Source: an uncultured Chloroflexia bacterium
Lineage (GTDB): Bacteria > Chloroflexota > Dehalococcoidia > DSTF01 > JALHUB01
Assembly: GCA_963726245.1 (NCBI GenBank)
Contig: CAVSBT010000017.1
Location: 64,001-128,000 of the forward strand
Direction of reading: 5' to 3'
DNA: 64,000 bases
Shown in pieces: positions 19,656-30,315 of the stretch. Position numbers and translations under genes: made by a program. The notes below the pieces were generated by a model. It did no database searches. It saw only the letters and a list, made by a program, of their open reading frames with translations, and was not told the origin of the DNA. Position 1 is the stretch's first letter; each line of letters begins with the position of its first letter.

Positions 19656-20637
19656 ATGCTGTTCAGGCGTCATGTCCGCGTTGCCGCCCTGCTGCTGGCC
19701 GCCGTGGCCGTGCTGGCGGCCGTTGCCTGCTCGTCGAGCAGCGAGGCGCCGGCCCCGCCGACGCCCCAGGCCAGCGTCGTTGCCCCTCAAGAAGGCCTGA
19801 CGCCCGTTCAGTCCGGCTTCGCCGACGCCAACGGCGCCCGCCTCTACTACGAGGTCTACGGCCAGGGCGAGCCCCTACTGCTCATCATGGGCCTGGGCGC
19901 CAACCACCTGGCCTGGTCGGCGCAGGTCCCCGTCTACGCCCGCGAGTTCAAAGTCATCGTCTTCGACAATCGAGGCACCGGGCAGAGCAACTTCCCCCAG
20001 GGCGTCGACTGCACTATCCCTCTGATGGCCGATGACGCCGCCGCCCTACTCGACTTCCTGGGCGTGGACTCGGCGCACGTCTACGGCGTCTCCATGGGAG
20101 GGATGATCGCCCAGGAGATGGCGCTGCGGCATCCTGAGAAGGTGCGTTCGCTCATCCTGGGCGCGACCTCGCCGGGCGGCCCGCACGCGGTTGCCCCCGA
20201 CGCGCAGGGGCTGCGAGCCCTTATCGAACAGGGGACCGTCGTCGATCAGTGCTGTCAGCCCGGCCCTGCTTGAGGTGCTGTTCTCGCCGGCCTACCTGGC
20301 TGCCCACGGGTCGGAGCTCATGCAGACGTTCCAGCGCATGGCCGACTACCCGACGACCTCGCAGGAGGCGTACGCAGCCCAGTTCGGGGCCTCCGCCGCC
20401 CACGACGCCTACGACCGCCTGCCGGACATCGCCGCGCCCACGCTGGTCCTTCACGGGACCGATGATCCGCTTCTGCCTGTCGGCAACGGTCGCATCCTGG
20501 CCGAACGCATCCCGGGCGCGAAGCTGGTTCTCTTCGAAGGCGCCCGGCACGGCTACTTCATAGAGAAGCAGGCCGAGGCCGACGCCGCCGTGCTGGACTT
20601 CTTGAGGGCACACTCTCGGAGCGACGCCGGTTACTGA
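19656..20637 (+). CDS. alpha/beta hydrolase lipoprotein (frameshift near 20245)
   Basis: Lipobox AVAC; nucleophile 'GVSMGG'; 'HGTDDPLLP' and 'GARHG' in the second frame. Confidence 0.88.
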
Positions 20638-20790
20638 ACCGGTGCGCGCCGGGATGGTCGCACCTTGTTGAGCCGGAGTTGGGCGGGCGATTAGAATGGT
20701 TGCCGGCAGAGTCCGCCGCTCCAGATGTCCCGCAGGCTGACCGTCGTATCTGGCGGGAAGACCGGGGCACTCGCGCGGCGGCGATAGCAC

Positions 20791-20866
20791 GGGCCCTTAG
20801 CTCAGTTGGCAGAGCGCCGGACTTTTAATCCGGGTGTCCTGGGTTCGAGCCCCAGAGGGCCCACCA
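20791..20866 (+). tRNA. tRNA-Lys (anticodon TTT)
   Basis: GGGCCCT/AGGGCCC acceptor stem, D-arm TAGCTCAGTTGGCAGAGC, anticodon arm CCGGA-CTTTTAA-TCCGG, GGTTCGAGCCC T-arm, encoded CCA; 76 nt. Confidence 0.97.
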
Positions 20867-20947
20867 AACCGCCTTTTTGAATCTGATTTCGGGGAAGGAG
20901 CGCTTCGTCGGCTGAAAGATAACGACGAAACATACAAAGGAGCTTCA

Positions 20948-22057
20948 ATGATCAAATCGAGACTGTGTGACCTGATCGGGATTAAGTATCCCATCATCCA
21001 GGCAGGGATGGGACCTTTCAGCAACAACAACCTGGGAGTTGCTTCGGCCAACGCCGGCGTCCTGGGGCTGCTTTCCACTAGCGGCGTCTTTGACAAGGAG
21101 ACCCAGCCCTGGATTTACAAAGCCTTTGTAGGCACTGCCGGTGCAGACTACGACGACGACATGCCCACCGTCATGGAAAAGGTGCTGAAACGGACCTACA
21201 ACCTGGTCAAGGACCAGGGCGGCGTTTTCGGCATCAACGTGATGGTCTCGGCGGAGGTCCTCAAATACTCGCACGTCATAATCGACACAGCCATAAGGGT
21301 GCGTGAGGAGAACCCGGACATCAAGAAGCATTTCAAGGTGATCTTCACGTCAGCCGGCGACCCCCTGGGCTGGGAGGACAAGATCAAGGGAGCAGGGTTC
21401 ACCTGGATGCACGTTGTCCCGTCCGTCAAGGCAGCTCTGCGCTGCAAGAAGGCGGGCGTAGACGTTATCGTAGCCTCCGGCCATGAAGGAGGTTTCCACA
21501 CTTCCTGGGAGCCAGTCCACTCTATGGTCCTGCTTCCGGCCGTGGTGGAAACGGTGTCCGACAAGGATACCCTGGTTGTCGGCGCCGGCGGGTTCTCCGA
21601 CGGCAAGACCCTCGCAGCTGCACTGGTCCTGGGCGCAGACGGCGCGCAGATGGGCACGCGGTTCCTGGCCACGCAGGAGAGCGACTTCCACCAGATCTGG
21701 AAGGAAGAAGTTGTGGCTGCTGGCGACAGGGCAACACTCATCGCGCGTGGCATTGTCGGCCCTGCCCGCTGGCTGAAGACGCCCCGCAGCGTTGAACATG
21801 CCGCCAACACCCTCAAGAAATCGCCGGGCGTCTTCCTCGGCACCCCTGATGACTACAGCACGATGGACATGTCCCTGATCCAATACGAGATTGAATCAAT
21901 CAAAGCTACCTTCGAAGGCGACAGGGAAAAGGCGATGATGGCCGCCGGCGAAGTGGCCCAGCGCATCAAGGACATGCCTAAAGTCAACGATATGGTGCAG
22001 GAGATCGTCAAGGAGGCCGAGACCATCCTGAGAAACGTTCCCAAGCTGCTGGCCTAG
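20948..22057 (+). CDS. nitronate monooxygenase/FabK-like flavoenzyme
   Basis: 'IKYPIIQAGMG', 'SGHEGGFH', 'AGGFSDG', 'LGADGAQMGTRFLATQES'; AAGGAG RBS. Confidence 0.9.
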   Translation: MIKSRLCDLIGIKYPIIQAGMGPFSNNNLGVASANAGVLGLLSTSGVFDKETQPWIYKAFVGTAGADYDDDMPTVMEKVLKRTYNLVKDQGGVFGINVMVSAEVLKYSHVIIDTAIRVREENPDIKKHFKVIFTSAGDPLGWEDKIKGAGFTWMHVVPSVKAALRCKKAGVDVIVASGHEGGFHTSWEPVHSMVLLPAVVETVSDKDTLVVGAGGFSDGKTLAAALVLGADGAQMGTRFLATQESDFHQIWKEEVVAAGDRATLIARGIVGPARWLKTPRSVEHAANTLKKSPGVFLGTPDDYSTMDMSLIQYEIESIKATFEGDREKAMMAAGEVAQRIKDMPKVNDMVQEIVKEAETILRNVPKLLA

Positions 22058-22223
22058 CCTGTCAGGCAAGGTTGTCCTGATTGAAAGACAAGACCGCCAT
22101 CGTGAAGCGAGCGTGCGCTGACCGGGGCATCCCCCTCAGCCTCGGCCAGCCCCAATACGCATCCCGCTGCTGAGACGCCGTCCGCCTCTTGCGCCAACGA
22201 GGGGCAGCAGCGATAGTGCTCCC

Positions 22224-22574
22224 GTGGAGAACACACCGATAGGCCCTCGCCGGCCAAGGATTCATCTGGCGCCCACAACGAGGGCTGGACTCTGGGCGGC
22301 ACGGCTGTTGGTTCCGTTCCTAGCGGGCGTAGTTGTCTATATAAGCCTCGCCGCGGCTTATCAGATTATCACAGGAGACGAAGCCTTCGATAACCTGAGG
22401 GTGCCGTTAGTGGGTGTGTTGCTGACGACGGAAGTGGCAGGAGTACTCGCAGGACTAGCGGCGGCTTTCGCCGTCTTCCGTCGCGGCGAACGGTCGGTCC
22501 TAGCGTTTCTTGCGCTCATTGTCTTGGTCTTCACAGCTATCGTCTTTGTGAGTGACTTGGTCAGCCCCGAGTAG
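22224..22574 (+). CDS. small membrane protein (3 predicted TM segments)
   Basis: Three hydrophobic segments; 'RRGERSVL' loop. Confidence 0.55.
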   Translation: MENTPIGPRRPRIHLAPTTRAGLWAARLLVPFLAGVVVYISLAAAYQIITGDEAFDNLRVPLVGVLLTTEVAGVLAGLAAAFAVFRRGERSVLAFLALIVLVFTAIVFVSDLVSPE

Positions 22575-22660
22575 GCCCGCCTCCTCGTTCCGATTGCCGA
22601 CCCTCCCTCCGCCGGCCGGCTGCCATTTCCCCAGCCCTCCGAACCTGCAACCGAGTGCCG

Positions 22661-22689
22661 TTGACATCACACGCCGGCAGCTTTAGGGT
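22661..22689 (+). promoter_or_regulatory. sigma70-type promoter
   Basis: TTGACA, 17-nt spacer, TAGGGT. Confidence 0.45.
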
Positions 22690-22742
22690 GACCTCGGTCA
22701 TTCTATTCAGTCCCCCTTGAGGCACAGCCCCGGGAGCGTTAC

Positions 22743-23681
22743 ATGAACTGGCGACTGATTGGCTGCAACGTGACACTTGCGCTTGGCATCATCCTGCTCG
22801 CTGCCTGCGGTGGAGAGAAGGAGCGCGAGAAGGCACCGACCACGGCCGGAGGCACCGATACCGTCGAACGGACTGCCAGTCCGGTGGCCGGGGAGGCTGA
22901 CACAGCACCGAGAGAGACCCCCAGCGCGGAGGCGGTGGCAGAGGAGACCGAGGAGCCAGGGCGGCGGGAAGAAACGGTTACTCCGGCGGGTGCCGAGATG
23001 GGCGACTTCAGCCGCATCATCTTACTGCACCACTCCGTTGGCGCCAACCTCATCGCACAAGGAGGCGTGCGCGAGCGCCTCACCGATCTGGGCTACGAGT
23101 TCTACGATCACGGCTACAACGATGATGGGCTGGTCCTGGCCGACGGCACCTCGACCGGCCGCAACTTCGATGTCCCCGACGACAACACCGACCCCGACGG
23201 GCTCGCCGCCATCTTTGCCCAGCCGCTGCACGACCCGCCGGACAACACCTTCAGCCACCTCATGCAGTACGACGTCATCGCTTTCAAGTCCTGCTTCCCA
23301 ACAAGCAACATCCAGAGCGACGAGCAGTTAGCGGACTACAGGTCCTACTACCTGTCGATCCGCGACCGGATGGACCAGTATCCCAACAAGATCTTCATTG
23401 TCGTCACCCAGCCGCCGGAGATACCGAACGATACCGACTCTGAGGCAGCGGCAAGGGCGCGCGCCTTCACCGACTGGCTGGCCTCGGACGAATACCTGAG
23501 CGGCCACCCGAACGTCTTCACTTTCAACTTCTTCGACCTGCTGGCCGACCCATCCGACAACATGCTGCGCGCCGAGTACCGGACCGATGATGCGCACCCC
23601 AACGAAGAGGCCAACCAGACCATCGCCCCTCTCTTCGCGGACTTCGTTGACCAGGCAGTGAGGACTTATGCTGCCCAATAA
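22743..23681 (+). CDS. hypothetical lipoprotein, possible SGNH-like fold
   Basis: Lipobox LLAAC, acidic Thr/Pro linker, 'HHSVG', 'FKSCFP', C-terminal 'DDAHPN' (DxxH). Confidence 0.65.
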   Translation: MNWRLIGCNVTLALGIILLAACGGEKEREKAPTTAGGTDTVERTASPVAGEADTAPRETPSAEAVAEETEEPGRREETVTPAGAEMGDFSRIILLHHSVGANLIAQGGVRERLTDLGYEFYDHGYNDDGLVLADGTSTGRNFDVPDDNTDPDGLAAIFAQPLHDPPDNTFSHLMQYDVIAFKSCFPTSNIQSDEQLADYRSYYLSIRDRMDQYPNKIFIVVTQPPEIPNDTDSEAAARARAFTDWLASDEYLSGHPNVFTFNFFDLLADPSDNMLRAEYRTDDAHPNEEANQTIAPLFADFVDQAVRTYAAQ

Positions 23682-23689
23682 CAAGAGGG

Positions 23690-23705
23690 CCCAGAGGGCC
23701 CGCCA
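23690..23705 (+). repeat. copy of the tRNA-Lys 3' end (putative attR)
   Basis: cccagagggcccgcca versus tRNA 20851-20866 cccagagggcccacca, 15/16 identical. Confidence 0.55.
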
Positions 23706-23790
23706 GCGCCAGGGTGACGCGAGTGCTGCCAGCCAGGGCGGGCGAAATCTCTCACGGCCCCCCGGCGGACTCTTGTGTGTCCAACTGTAG

Positions 23791-24582
23791 CTACTCCCCC
23801 CGGAACACGGCGGGCCGCCGCTCTATAGAACGAACGTACACCTTCCTTCGCGTCCTCTGTGTCCATTACCGTTGCCCGGATCTCCGCGATGGCTGCGGCC
23901 GCCGCGGCCTCGCCGACTTCAATGAACCTTCGCGCCGCCATCTTTGTCACCTGGACGCCCAGGGGAGCATTCGCCGCGATCATGCCCGCCAGCTCCATAG
24001 CCCGCTCCACCTGCTGACCGACCGGCACGACCTCCTGGACCAGTCCCATACGGTATGCTTCCGCCGCCCCGAACTCGTCGGCAAGCATCAAGTGGTACAT
24101 CGTGTCGCCCCAGCCAGCTCGCATCAGCCAGCGGAAATGTCCGCCGCCGAACGGCGCGATCCCCCGCCTCGTTTCCATCTGGCAGAAACGCGCGTCCTCG
24201 GAGGCCACCACGATGTCGCCAGCAAGCATCAGCTCGACGCCGATGGTGAACACGATACCCTGCACGGCCGTCACGACCGGCTTGCGGCAGACCTTTCTCA
24301 CCTGGAGGGCGTCTACGTTGTCCGGAGGCTCCTCGTACGCAGTCGCACTTGGCCCGATGAACTTGGGCATGTCGAGGCCGGCGGTGAAATGCTTGCCTTC
24401 CGCGCATATCACTCCCGCCCAGAGTTGCGGGTCCCTGTCGAGAAGCGTCAGCGCCTCGGACAGGTCCAGTATCATCTGAGGCACGAACGCGTTCCGCTTC
24501 GACGGGTTGTCGATAGTGATCTTGAGCACGTGGCCAACCGTCTCATGACGAACCCGCCCCTCGGCATCAACTTGAGTCCATC
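23791..24582 (-). CDS. crotonase/enoyl-CoA hydratase family protein (1-nt indels near both ends)
   Basis: 'KHFTAGLDM', 'KPVVTAVQG', 'GVELMLAGDIVVA', 'TEDAKEGVRSF'. Confidence 0.85.
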
Positions 24583-24792
24583 GATGTTCCCCCTTCCTTG
24601 CTCCTACTCCACGAGCCAACCACTCCACGCAGCAGGATACACGGGTCTTGCCGATAGATCGACGTGCCTAGGATGTCCCTTGTCGAACTGGCGAGATGTT
24701 GCGGGAGCAGCGCGAGAATGGGTAAACCAAATACGCGGCGGGCCCACTATCGCTGGCCGGCGTCTCGTCCGACCATGTACGTGGAGGGCGAC

Positions 24793-25092
24793 ATGAACCG
24801 GAGAGCAACACACCGCACCGCCGCTGCTGGGCCCATCGACCTGGCAAGAGCGCGAAGGCGTCGAGCCACCGAGACCGGCCTCGGCGAGGCGATGCCACGC
24901 TCGCTGGCGCGACTGGTCGACTCGGTCACGGCCCGCTGGCGCGGCCACGAGCCGGAGATCGCGATCCTGGCGGCGATAACGCTGATGCTGGCTGTCGCAG
25001 CCGTCTTCGCCGGCGCCGACCTACTCTTCACCTTCATGCTGGCAATGGTCGCGGCAATCACCATCTGGTCGCCCTGGCGGCAATCTGAGTAG
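24793..25092 (+). CDS. small hypothetical membrane protein
   Basis: GGAGG RBS; two C-terminal hydrophobic helices. Confidence 0.55.
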   Translation: MNRRATHRTAAAGPIDLARARRRRATETGLGEAMPRSLARLVDSVTARWRGHEPEIAILAAITLMLAVAAVFAGADLLFTFMLAMVAAITIWSPWRQSE

Positions 25093-25101
25093 GGGCCCTG
25101 C

Positions 25102-26912
25102 TCAGCGATAAGAGAAGACCTGCACCCCTGTCGCATCCGCTACCAGTAGCACCCGGCTGCCCGCGGCGGCGACCACGCTGCGCTCCACGCGACGCAGGTC
25201 ACTCGTCGACAGCTCGGGCACGCCGGCATCGGGGTCGAGCCGGCACAGCACCCGCGGCTTCTCGCCCAGCACCGCCTCGAGGCCGGCCAGGAACGGACCG
25301 CTGCCTTCCGGGGCCAGCACCGTCACCGACTTCCGCGGAGCCGACGGCCGGGCGGGAGACTCTTCCTCCGCCCTCCGGTCCTCGCGGAGTATGAACCAGT
25401 AGTAGGGAACGAAGAGCCCGGCCGCGACCAGGGCTCCCATGCTCCACTTGACCTCCGCGAGCAGCGTGAGAGACAGCGTGTCCTTCAGGAACGCGTCCAG
25501 GAGCTCGAACAGCAGGTAGCTGACGTTGCCGAGGAAGGCCAGCGTCCCCACGCCCACAGCGCCGAAGATCAGGATCCGCCGGAACGGGCTGGCCCGCTCT
25601 GCGGCGTCCCCAGCCGCCACGGCGCGCTGCATCGAGAACCAGTAGTAGGTCCAGACCGGCAGACCGAGAACCAGGAGGGTGAGGAAGAGGACGATGCGGT
25701 CTCGCCACCAGTCGGCTGCCCACCAGCATGTCCTGGGTACTGTCGACCGCAACGCCTATGGCTGTCGAGACCAGGACGGTCACGGAAGCTGCCAGCGCCC
25801 CCAGGCCCAGGGCGGCCATGATGTAGGCGTAGGTCTGTCTGGCCGCTCGGAGTTCCCCGACGGGAGATCGCTCCCGCTGGACGGTTTGCCAGTGGTAGAA
25901 CCACAGGCAGAGGCCGATGACAAGCGGCGCAAGCGCGCCGGGAAGGAAGCGGAAGTGGTCGGCGGCCGAAGGCTCGTCCGGGGTGCCGATGAACCACTGC
26001 AGGATCCCGAAGACGACGACCCCCGTGGCGCTGAGCGTCGTGAGCACACCTCCGAGGATGGCCAGCATGTACAGATAGAGCTGCCGGAGGTCGGAGCGCT
26101 TGTCGAGCCGGGCGGCGTACAGCCAGTGGTAGGCCCACAGGGCGGCCCCAACCAGGGCGACCGACAGGCTGTTCTTCATGGCGTCGCCCCAGAGTCCCTG
26201 TTCTCCCCGCAGGAGCGGCAGCGGGTACAACCCCTCGTAGCCCCCCTCAGGATGATGTAGATCGCGAAGCCTGCTCCCGCCGCCAGCATGATCAGGCTGT
26301 AGGCGGAGGTGATGTAGAGGTAGAGACGGCGGACGGTCCACGTTTCCTGCGTGGGCTGTCCCTCCTCGCTCTCGGCCGTCCAGTGGAAGACCCAAGCCGT
26401 GCTCCACACCACCAGCGCGGCCACGGCGTAGCCGCTGAAGGGCTGGGCCCCGAACAGCCAGCGGAGCAACTCCACCGAGGCTTGGGCCACGAGCGCCGCG
26501 GTCACCCCCAGGGTCAGGTAGACGTAGAGCTTTCGCAGGATCGAGCGGCGCTCCGCCGGCTCTTCCTCCAGGAAGCGCTGCACCCTCAGCCGGTGCCAGA
26601 CCCAGATGGGCGTCCAGATCACCGTCAGGGCGACGCCGACGGCCAGTTGCCCGGTCTGCTGTATCAGGACCGGCGGTCCGAACAGCTCATCGAGCATATA
26701 GCGGGCGACGAGAACGACGCCGGCGCCCGCCACCAGCATGTAGACGAAGGTGGCGCCGTAGAAGTACAGGCGCTTCGCCGTGCCGACGCCCCGGTCTACT
26801 TCGGTGGTCGTCTCGAAGGCCTCGCGGCGCCTCCAGGCCATGACCGTGGCTACGATGCCGCCAATGACCGCCAGCGGTATCAGCAGGAGAGCAGGTTATA
26901 GAAGATCCACAT
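25102..26912 (-). CDS. multi-pass membrane protein with repeated DUF5671-like modules (several frameshifts)
   Basis: Recurrent 'R.LYLY...' and 'W.(Y/F)HW' helical units across ORFs 26176-26841, 25199-26407 and 25102-25752; GAGGAGG RBS before ATG at 26912. Confidence 0.7.
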
Positions 26913-26962
26913 CGTACTTCCTCCTCATGTCCGGCAGCTTGACCGGCCGCTTTCCGCGGTCT

Positions 26963-27412
26963 CTAGTACGGTGGGCACCAACAGTCGGGCCCCGTCAGCC
27001 GCCACTGGTCCCCCTCGAGCTTGAGCTGAAAGGTCCGGTCGTAGGAGTACTCGGACGAGCCAAAGGGCGCGTCCCCGTGGTCCACGGTTACCGTGGCCCT
27101 GACGACCGCGCTGTCGTCGTAGCGCTCCGTCTTCTCCAGGGTCACCTGGCCTTCTTCGCTGTACGGCCAGTATTCCCTCCCCACGAAGCTGTCGAGAGAG
27201 CACCTGTTGTGCACGTCGCTGCCGAGATAGCTGTAGGCCTCCGGGTAGTCCTCCCTCTCCAGGGCCTGGAGGTAGCGCTGGACCGCGCCCTCGGGCGAAT
27301 CGGCAGGGAGTAGACGCGCGCCCCCACGGGTGTTGACCACCGCCATAGTGACGGCGGCCACCAGAAGGCCTACCAGGAGGGTCACCCCAACGATGAGCCA
27401 CTTCTTCGCCAT
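26963..27412 (-). CDS. membrane-anchored hypothetical protein (NTF2-like extracytoplasmic domain)
   Basis: N-terminal TM; 'SPEGAVQRYLQAL...AYSYL', 'FQLKLEGDQWRL'. Confidence 0.7.
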   Translation of the reverse strand: MAKKWLIVGVTLLVGLLVAAVTMAVVNTRGGARLLPADSPEGAVQRYLQALEREDYPEAYSYLGSDVHNRCSLDSFVGREYWPYSEEGQVTLEKTERYDDSAVVRATVTVDHGDAPFGSSEYSYDRTFQLKLEGDQWRLTGPDCWCPPY

Positions 27413-27596
27413 ATTGCTGTGCCTCCTTCCGGGTTGTTACACCGGCTCCAGCCTACGGCCCGCGGAAGCGGCTCCAAGGTTCACCGGCCCCAATTCCGAT
27501 GGGTACCTTTGTCAGCCATGGATTGGTGCGAGTGAACCATGGCGGCGCGCGGAGGGGCTGCTAGCCTTAGGGAGCAGACGGAAGAAGGAGGCAATC

Positions 27597-28115
27597 ATGG
27601 CCAGGAACAAGCGAACCTTCAGGGGCTGGTTCTCCTGGCTGAACGACTGGGCCTGGCCGTTCCTGTGGATCCTGCTGATTCCGGCGGTAACCGTACCGTT
27701 GCAGCAGGCTTTGCTGTGGCAGGAGGCTTTGCCAGGCGTTTTCGCGGGCACCAGCAACTGCCAGCGTTCAGGGGAATACTGGGAGGCGTGGGAGTGCCCC
27801 GTTGGAGACGTTTTGCCCACCCTCTTGCCGGGGCTCCTGAACCTGGTGCCGTTCCTCTGGCTGCTGTCGCCTGTGCGCCGCACCCGCTATGCCGCGGCCG
27901 TGGCGGGCACCCTAGGGGCAGTGCGTGTGGTAGTGCCGGCCATCATCTACGTCGCGTCTGGCACCACCGTCGTCGTTGACCCCTTCCTTCCGACGACCTA
28001 TGTGGACCTATCGTTCGAGGCGAGTTGGCTTCTATGGGGCCTGTCACTGGTGGCCACGCTGGTGTTCGCCCGGCTCGGCAGGGATAGCCAGCATGCATCT
28101 CGTCCGAAGGGATAG
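27597..28115 (+). CDS. hypothetical membrane protein
   Basis: AAGGAGG RBS; about 4 hydrophobic segments. Confidence 0.6.
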   Translation: MARNKRTFRGWFSWLNDWAWPFLWILLIPAVTVPLQQALLWQEALPGVFAGTSNCQRSGEYWEAWECPVGDVLPTLLPGLLNLVPFLWLLSPVRRTRYAAAVAGTLGAVRVVVPAIIYVASGTTVVVDPFLPTTYVDLSFEASWLLWGLSLVATLVFARLGRDSQHASRPKG

Positions 28116-28148
28116 GCAGCGTGCGCGGTTCCCCCGCGCGACGAGGGT

Positions 28149-28178
28149 TTGACAATGTGTGCCGCGGCTCGTAGAGTG
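28149..28178 (+). promoter_or_regulatory. sigma70-type promoter of the two-component operon
   Basis: TTGACA followed by TAGAGT at about 18-nt spacing. Confidence 0.45.
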
Positions 28179-28191
28179 CTAGCGCTCAATC

Positions 28192-29505
28192 ATGGAAGCC
28201 GCCCGCCCACAGACAGCGAAGCGGCCCGACGCGGGCCGCGCGCCGGCGCCCGAGGCCGGCGCTGACGCCATGGCCGCGGCGCTGCCTTTCCTCTTCGCCA
28301 TCCGCTGGGGCGCCTGGGCCGTGGCCCTGGTCCTGGTCGCCTTCGGCGACCTGCCGGAACAGAACACCGTCCACGAACCGGTCCTGCTGTGGCTGACGGC
28401 CTTCCAGGTGCTGGTCGGGACCCTCTACGTCCCGCTCCTGCGGCCGCGCGTGCGCAGGGCCTTCGGTCGCGGCTGGGGCCCCAACGACGACGTCATCGTC
28501 CTCGGCCTCGTCGACGTGGCAGCCGTTATGGCTGTTCTCTACTTCAGCGGCGGCTGGCGGACGCCCTACTATCACTATGCGGTGGCGTCGCTGATGGTGC
28601 CCGCTTACCTTCTCGGCTGGCGGCGGACAGGCCTGCTCCTGGCCGGCTTCTTCGCTGCCTACTTCGCCATCCTGTCCACCGCCGGCCAGGGCACCGACGG
28701 CCCGTGGCTGCACCAGGACCGGAGCAGTCTGGCCGGCATTGTCATCACGCCTATCCTGGTCGCCGTCGTGGTGCGTTATCTGTCGAGCCTGACCCGCCGG
28801 CTGAGCGAGCAGCGGGAGCAGGCCCGCCGCGCCCTGGAGGAGAACGTGCGCCTTCAGAAGGAGCGGGAGGAGCTGGCGGCCCTGGAAGAACGCAGCCGCA
28901 TCGCCCGCGAAATCCACGACGGCATCGCCCAGTCGATATACATGCTGTCCCTGAATCTGGAGAAGGCGGCGGACGTGGCCAGTGACGACCAGAAGCTGGG
29001 GCCGCGCCTGAAAGGGCTGGTCGCCCTGGCCAAGGAGGCCTTGCTTGAGGTTCGCCACTACATCTTTGACCTCAAGCCGCTCCTTTCGGGAGACGCCGGC
29101 CTCACGAGCACCATAGAGGGCCAGATCCGGGAGTTCAGCGCCGTCTCCGGCCTGCCTGTGCAATTGAAGGTGGAAGGGGAGGAGCGGAAGGTGCCCATCG
29201 CGGTGGGCAGCTCACTCTATCGCATCGTCCAGGAGGCGCTGGCCAACGTCTACCGTCACGCGGACGCCTCGAAGATCGATGTCCGCCTGACGTTCTGCGA
29301 GGACTCGGTGTCGCTGGAGATCAGGGATGACGGCCGCGGCTTTGCCATCGATCCGGCTCAGCCCGCCTCCGCGGGTGGCCGTGGCATCAGCAACATCTAT
29401 CAGCGGACCAGCGAGCTGGGGGGCCAGCTCGACGTGACGAGCGCGCCCGAGAAGGGCACGACGGTGCGGGTGACGTTGCCCGCTGCGAACGAGGGACGAG
29501 CATGA
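28192..29505 (+). CDS. membrane sensor histidine kinase (HisKA_3, NarX/LiaS type)
   Basis: Multiple TM segments; 'EERSRIAREIHDGIAQ', 'QEALANVYRHA', 'DDGRGF'. Confidence 0.93.
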   Translation: MEAARPQTAKRPDAGRAPAPEAGADAMAAALPFLFAIRWGAWAVALVLVAFGDLPEQNTVHEPVLLWLTAFQVLVGTLYVPLLRPRVRRAFGRGWGPNDDVIVLGLVDVAAVMAVLYFSGGWRTPYYHYAVASLMVPAYLLGWRRTGLLLAGFFAAYFAILSTAGQGTDGPWLHQDRSSLAGIVITPILVAVVVRYLSSLTRRLSEQREQARRALEENVRLQKEREELAALEERSRIAREIHDGIAQSIYMLSLNLEKAADVASDDQKLGPRLKGLVALAKEALLEVRHYIFDLKPLLSGDAGLTSTIEGQIREFSAVSGLPVQLKVEGEERKVPIAVGSSLYRIVQEALANVYRHADASKIDVRLTFCEDSVSLEIRDDGRGFAIDPAQPASAGGRGISNIYQRTSELGGQLDVTSAPEKGTTVRVTLPAANEGRA

Positions 29506-30182
29506 GCGAACAACCGCAGCCGCTGCGAATCCTTGTCGTCGATGACCATGCCGTTGTGCGGAAGGGCCTGCAGTCCGTTCTGGAGGACGAGGAGGGTCTG
29601 GAGGTGGTCGGCGAGGCCGCCAGCGCCTCCGAGTCGATGACCAAGGCCAGGGTTCTGCGGCCGGACGTGGTTCTCATGGACATCCGTATGGGGGAAGGCG
29701 ACGACGCCAGCGGCATCGATGCCTGCCGCCAGATCCGCAGCGAGCTGCCCGATACCCAGGTCATCATGTTCACCTCGTACGGCCAGAGGGAGGCGGTGCT
29801 GGCATCCATCATGGCCGGGGCGAGGGGCTTTCTGACCAAGAACGTAAGCCATGCGGAGCTCGTGGCGGCGATCCGGGCTGTCGGACAGGGCAAATCCCTG
29901 CTCGATCCCAGCGTCACCCGGGACGTCATCGAGCGCCTGGCCGAGCTCAGCAAGGCGTCCGCCGGGCCCGAGGGCGCCCTCTCGGAACGCGAGAAGGAGG
30001 TCCTCCTCCTCATAGCGCACGGGTGCACCAACAAGGAGATAGCTGCCCGGCTGTTCCTCAGCCCTTACACCGCCCGCAACCACGTGATCCGCATCCTCGA
30101 CAAGCTGGGGCTCTCCCGCCGGTCCGAGGCTGCCGTCCAGGCAGTCAGACTGGGTCTGGTGGAGGAGAGCGACGAGCGCTGA
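29502..30182 (+). CDS. NarL/LuxR family response regulator
   Basis: 'VVDDHAVVRKGL', 'PDVVLMDIRM', HTH 'LSEREKEVL...TNKEIAARLFLS'. Confidence 0.95.
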   Translation: MSEQPQPLRILVVDDHAVVRKGLQSVLEDEEGLEVVGEAASASESMTKARVLRPDVVLMDIRMGEGDDASGIDACRQIRSELPDTQVIMFTSYGQREAVLASIMAGARGFLTKNVSHAELVAAIRAVGQGKSLLDPSVTRDVIERLAELSKASAGPEGALSEREKEVLLLIAHGCTNKEIAARLFLSPYTARNHVIRILDKLGLSRRSEAAVQAVRLGLVEESDER

Positions 30183-30217
30183 GTAGCGCTGCTCCTCAAT
30201 CGCCCTCGCCGCAATCC

Positions 30218-30262
30218 CTTAATCAGAACTTAGTACTTGGCCGTTATCCTGCCTCTTAGTGG
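30218..30262 (+). promoter_or_regulatory. 45-bp upstream element, copy 1 (before tetR)
   Basis: cttaatcagaacttagtacttggccgttatcctgcctcttagtgg; 37/45 identical to 30969-31013. Confidence 0.6.
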
Positions 30263-30315
30263 ACGCTCTCAGCGACCCTGTGCCTCTCCTTCACATAAAA
30301 GTGTTATCATGAAAG

